A DNA stretch of 64,000 nt. Source: Leptogorgia sarmentosa. Lineage: Eukaryota. Position numbers and translations under genes: made by a program. Shown piece after piece: positions 59,501 through 64,000 of this stretch (the first letter of the stretch is position 1; the number at the start of each line of letters is the position of its first letter). The stretch spans positions 5,642,001-5,706,000 of the forward strand of contig OZ210884.1 of assembly GCA_964658305.1 (NCBI GenBank). The letters are read 5' to 3'. The notes under the pieces were generated by a model, which saw only the letters and a program-made list of their open reading frames with translations, did no database searches and was not told where the DNA came from.

Positions 59501-62263
59501 AATATTAACCCCTCCCCTACAGCGTTTCCACAGTTGATAGGAAAATGAAACCGTGCCAGTGAAATCTTTTCTCCAATATTCCAGGTCGTTTGATGCAGAT
59601 CGATTCAGGCCCAAAAGGAATTGTGTATGGAGTGAACAGTGGGCATTCGATATACTGCAGACTCGGCATTACGACTGGCAATCCTAAAGGGACATCATGG
59701 CGCCATATACCGGGGGGTTTAAAATACGTCAGCTGTGGCAGTTACGGTTGCTGGGGAACGAACAGAGCAGATGATATCTATTTCCGAAGTGGCGTGACGC
59801 CTGCTAGGTGTGAAGGAGTATCTTGGAAAAAGATTCCTGGCAAACTGAGCGAACTTGAGGTTTGTTAAATTCTCAGAGATCCCAATAATAATGAAGTCGT
59901 AGCCCAGGAATTATCTTCCTAACCACATACCATATATCAGACCGTATTTTAATATAATATCTGGTATATTCCCTTGCCGTAAGATAATTGTTTCGCTATA
60001 TAGTTTTTTTTGTAGTTCTCATTAGACATTAGTAGTATATGTAGTCTTAGTAATGTTAGTAGTGAATTGAGCTATTCAGAAACACACGTGATGAAAGATG
60101 TTCAACGATCATGTTCAAGAGATATTTAGATATGCATTTCAACATAACAGGTAAGGAACGATGGCACAGTGTACGGAATCAATGCAGCAAAATCTGTTTA
60201 TGTTCGGGACGGTGTAACACCGCAGACACCAACAGGGACAAGATGGAGGGCAGTTTCTGCTATTAGCCTCAACCATGTTTCCGCTGGATCATCTTCTCTG
60301 TATGGTATTAACTTATACCAATCCATCTTTCAATACAAAGGTGAGATGTCTATACAGATTAAACCACATTTAGTCCGAACAGGCCTTAAGTGGAGTGAAG
60401 ACCACAAAGTTAAATAGCACAGAAACTGACTGCAGTGACTGGGGACACTCTCATTTTTATTTTCATTTATGAAGTCAATGAAAGGCATTTACTTGCTGCA
60501 GTGAATAAATAAACAGGTGGATAAGTTGAAAAAATAAAGCTAAAATTACTTGACGCTGAAAGTAAACCATACAGCAGTATCTTACGTTCATTTTCTCACC
60601 TGGAAAAGCCCTCACGAGGCGCTGTTCGACGAGTATAATAATTTATCTTTTTTTTCTTCAGGCAAATGGTCAACTATTGCAGGTGCTTTATCGCAAATCG
60701 ATCATGGCACGACATCAGATGTTTGGGGTGTTAATTCTAACGAACGCATCTATCGTTTGAAAGATGACCGCACTTGGATGAACATACCAGGGTTATTGAA
60801 GCATGTAACTGTCGGAGAAGCAGGGGTCTGGGGTACAAATAGACACGACAATATCTACTTTAGGCGTGGTTCATCTTGGGTCCATATATCAGGAAAATTG
60901 AAACAAATAGATTCAGGAACTGGAAGTATAGTGTATGGGGTGAATAGGAACGACAACATCTACTGTCGTTTAGGTAAGACCTAAGGGTAAAGGTTAGGTT
61001 AAGTTTAAAAAAAATAGGGAGGAAATTACACCTGTATAGCAGTAATTGTACGTCAGATGAAAGTATTGACTCCTGAGTTGCATTTCTTAGCAAGTGATCC
61101 CCAAATAACTGAATAGAAATATTCAACAAATGTTTTTAATGGCTATTTTACATTCTTTTCTGCTTTCTAAGCATTTTGGGCACAGTTAGTGGAGAATAAT
61201 TTGAATTCGTTTCGCAGGTATCGAGGCAGGAAGACCTGAAGGTGTAACCTGGAAACATGTTCCTGGTAAATTGAAGTACATCAGTTGTGGAGTTCTGGGC
61301 TGTTGGGGAGTAAATGTCCATGATAACATATATTACCGATCCGGTGTGACTGATGAGAATTGTGCTGGTGCACGTTGGCATCACATACCGGGAAAACTAA
61401 GACAGATTGAGGTAATTGTAGGTTACGCTAGCGTACGTCTACGTCTTCAATATGTTTTGTGCCCAGTCAAATTTGCAGAACTGGGAGAAAGTTTTATTCG
61501 AGGACCCTCGAGATTCTATCTATTCTATCTTACAAAGCCCTTTCCTTTAGTTTTCCTCTTCCCCAGAAAAGATTGAATCGTTAAGAAGCTTCATGTTAAA
61601 TGCATATACCTTACTTGTTATCACTGGTTTCATTGAAAAGAGGAAATATATAATTCAAACAACGAGATTGATCATTTATTGATCACTGATGCCTCAATGT
61701 TTGTGCATGATGACAAAGAAAATGAAGCTTAACTTTATCTGTTGTCATGCTGTCTTTTGAACCTATGAAGAGTTTTTGCCAAATAAAATTGACAGTTGGA
61801 AATCAATTTTCGAAATTGAAATTGTTATAGGCGGGAGCATTGGGGGACGTATATGGTATTAATCGAGATAACAGGGTATATCGGCGTACAGGAATCACTG
61901 AATTCTCTCCCATGGGATCTGGATGGGAACAAGTTACTCACTACGGAAATCATGTGACCACTGGAGTAAATGGGCAATATTTATTGATCAATGGTGCTAT
62001 CATGGAGTCAGACAAAGGTATAAACGCTGGTGAATTTTCAAATTGCACCAAATATTTCATAACACACCACCCATATTGAGATTTCATGTGATGACACTAA
62101 ATTCGGAGCTGGGGGGTGCAGCTAAAAAGGGGCTGGTGTTATTAATTCTATATAATTGCAGTTTTATTTTCATGCCAGTGGCACTGGTTCCTTGCAGCTT
62201 TTGCTCAAGTTTGATGAATAAATATTTCATTTTGTTACAGATTGTTTCAGACGTTTTCCGTGA
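56541..62263 (+). CDS. Secreted tectonin-repeat beta-propeller lectin (tachylectin-1/L6/fish-egg-lectin-like) with two tandem propeller sets
   Basis: Exons 56541-56594 (signal peptide MKALVAVWALSLFTTLFA), 56885-56927 (tentative), 58857-59126, 59585-59859, 60151-60340, 60662-60973, 61218-61411, 61831-62017, 62241-62263 (tentative). Repeated WxxIPGxLxxIxxGxxxVWGVNxxxxIYxR tectonin motifs. Confidence 0.88.
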
Positions 62264-63253
62264 ATGGCCTGCAGGAATTATGGAAAAGCAAAATACTGAA
62301 TTACATTTTTTTGTTATATGCATTCGAACACTACTTCGAAATTAATTGTTTTCAAATTAATTGGGGCACTTGGTCTTAGAATATGATGCACGTTAGATTA
62401 GAAGAAAAAATCATAATAAACAGCTTTATTGGTGGTATGTGTTAGATTGAATTTATGGATGAAGAATGTGCTAGTTTTGTCTTTGTTTTTTGTACACCTC
62501 CATGTTGTTTTTCTTTCATGCTTCCCCCTCCTTGAAATGTTTACGAACTTAATTTAAGCACCAATGGCGTTACTACTAGAACATTTTGGTTGCCTTTAGA
62601 TTGTGTTCGCATGTTGACAGAAAATTAATTGGTGTATGTTATAGGTGGAACTTTTATTGAGGTCATTGTTTCTGTTTTTAAGCAACATATGAAAACGAAC
62701 CATTTTTAGTGTATTTTTATAGGTATAATTAATGTAGTATATTAAATATAGCTATAGTATTTTCTCGAAAAAAAGTTCCGCAGAATTCAGCACAATGTTT
62801 TAGAGTTGGCATGGTAAAAATGTGAGGCTAAGAGTTATAATCAAGGCGCCTCCACACCAGTTCAATCGGGGGGCCCATAGCTGAGGATTTACGCCACTGG
62901 TAAGCACCATTACGTTGCTGATGTTAATTCAATTTGCATTTTATAGTTATAATTAAGAAAATAAAGGCAATAATGTTGCACTGTACCATATTTCAAAGAT
63001 CCCTAAAGGGATCTAAAAGTAGGTATATTCCAAGGAAGCTCGAAATCGTTACGATTCTAATCTCATTTAGCGTTCAAGAATATTTGCTATTTAAATCAAA
63101 ATTGCGGCCATGAATGAAAATTAAAAACATGTATTTTAAGAGCCTGGCAAGAGTCTATATTCACAGTACTAGTTCTAATGTAACGTTATACATGAAATAG
63201 GAAGAATTAATTAGGACAAAGTTCTTACTATCTAAATGAACCCTCCGGTGCAA

Positions 63254-63980
63254 TCATTCACACTCTCCTAAACGCTCACAATCACTTGGTTTGGCTGGCT
63301 GTGGTGGACTTGGTTTTTTATATTCACATGGACAATCAGATAACGTAACGAAGTACATCCATTTATTGTAAATCATGTAACCACTCTGACCTTCGCGATA
63401 CCATCCCCGCCAACCGTTACGTAGTCCTGGAACTAGTAAAATTGAAAATGTATGTGTTAAATGGACATAGAGTGGATAGCCTATCGACCAATTCTACCAA
63501 AGAGCGGTGGTGTATCCACGACCATATTGGGAGAGGAGGGAAGGGGGGCACAATTTAAGAATGTAAACAGATTTTCGAACAAATAGTGCAGGAATTTAGC
63601 GATATTTTTTCAAAAATGTTGTGTGGATTAATTAATAAGAGTTGTACCGTTAATCTAGCTTTCAGCAGCTGTCACAGTAGTTCATTTAAACGTTTCTGAC
63701 TGTGCGTGTGTTGCCTAGCTTACAGTACTTACCCACACAAACTTTTCTAAAGCTGTAACAAACTTGCCCAACATTATCACCAGGTTTATAAGGCAAATAC
63801 ATCACGTCACCATTTGCCGAGCCAGATGGACCAATTTTACCCGGCAAACCAACATCTCCTGGGTCTCCTCTCACTCCCTCGAGGCCTGGAACTCCCTGAT
63901 TTCCAGGATAACCTGGTCTTCCAACGTCGCCTTTTTCACCAGGAACGCCAGTCGGGCAGGGTCCTTCGCCACATTGTGAT
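63254..63980 (-). CDS. Short-chain collagen-like protein, last two exons (5' part outside the window)
   Basis: Exon 63980-63733 reads [10 protein letters not shown] followed by 15 uninterrupted Gly-X-Y triplets (GVP GEK GDV...GPS GSA). Exon 63432-63254 continues in phase to [26 protein letters not shown]. Confidence 0.8.
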
Positions 63981-64000
63981 CTAGTACCACGAAAAAATAC

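Overview
AT-rich, intron-containing animal DNA, most likely from a soft coral (octocoral). The centrepiece is a head-to-tail pair of complete 15-coding-exon catalase-related hemoprotein/lipoxygenase fusion genes on the minus strand. Copy A (26817-35800, 1066 aa) is a canonical allene oxide synthase-8R-lipoxygenase (AOS-LOX). Copy B (15885-24772, 1067 aa) has an almost identical LOX half but a remodelled catalase-like active site that is only partly like the known coral hydroperoxide lyase, so it is a candidate for a different oxylipin-forming activity. The exons of the two copies look homogenised by gene conversion, except around the substrate pocket. The window also holds four intronless class A GPCRs, a KDEL-ending CREC/calumenin-like EF-hand gene, an SLC49 (DIRC2/FLVCR-like) MFS transporter, a double tectonin-propeller lectin with a probable furin propeptide and GC-AG intron, the 3' part of an unusual short-chain collagen, a possible orphan gene, a tRNA-like tandem repeat and many MITEs. 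Exon boundaries were read by eye. Residue numbers refer to the Plexaura homomalla enzyme as I recall it and should be confirmed by alignment.
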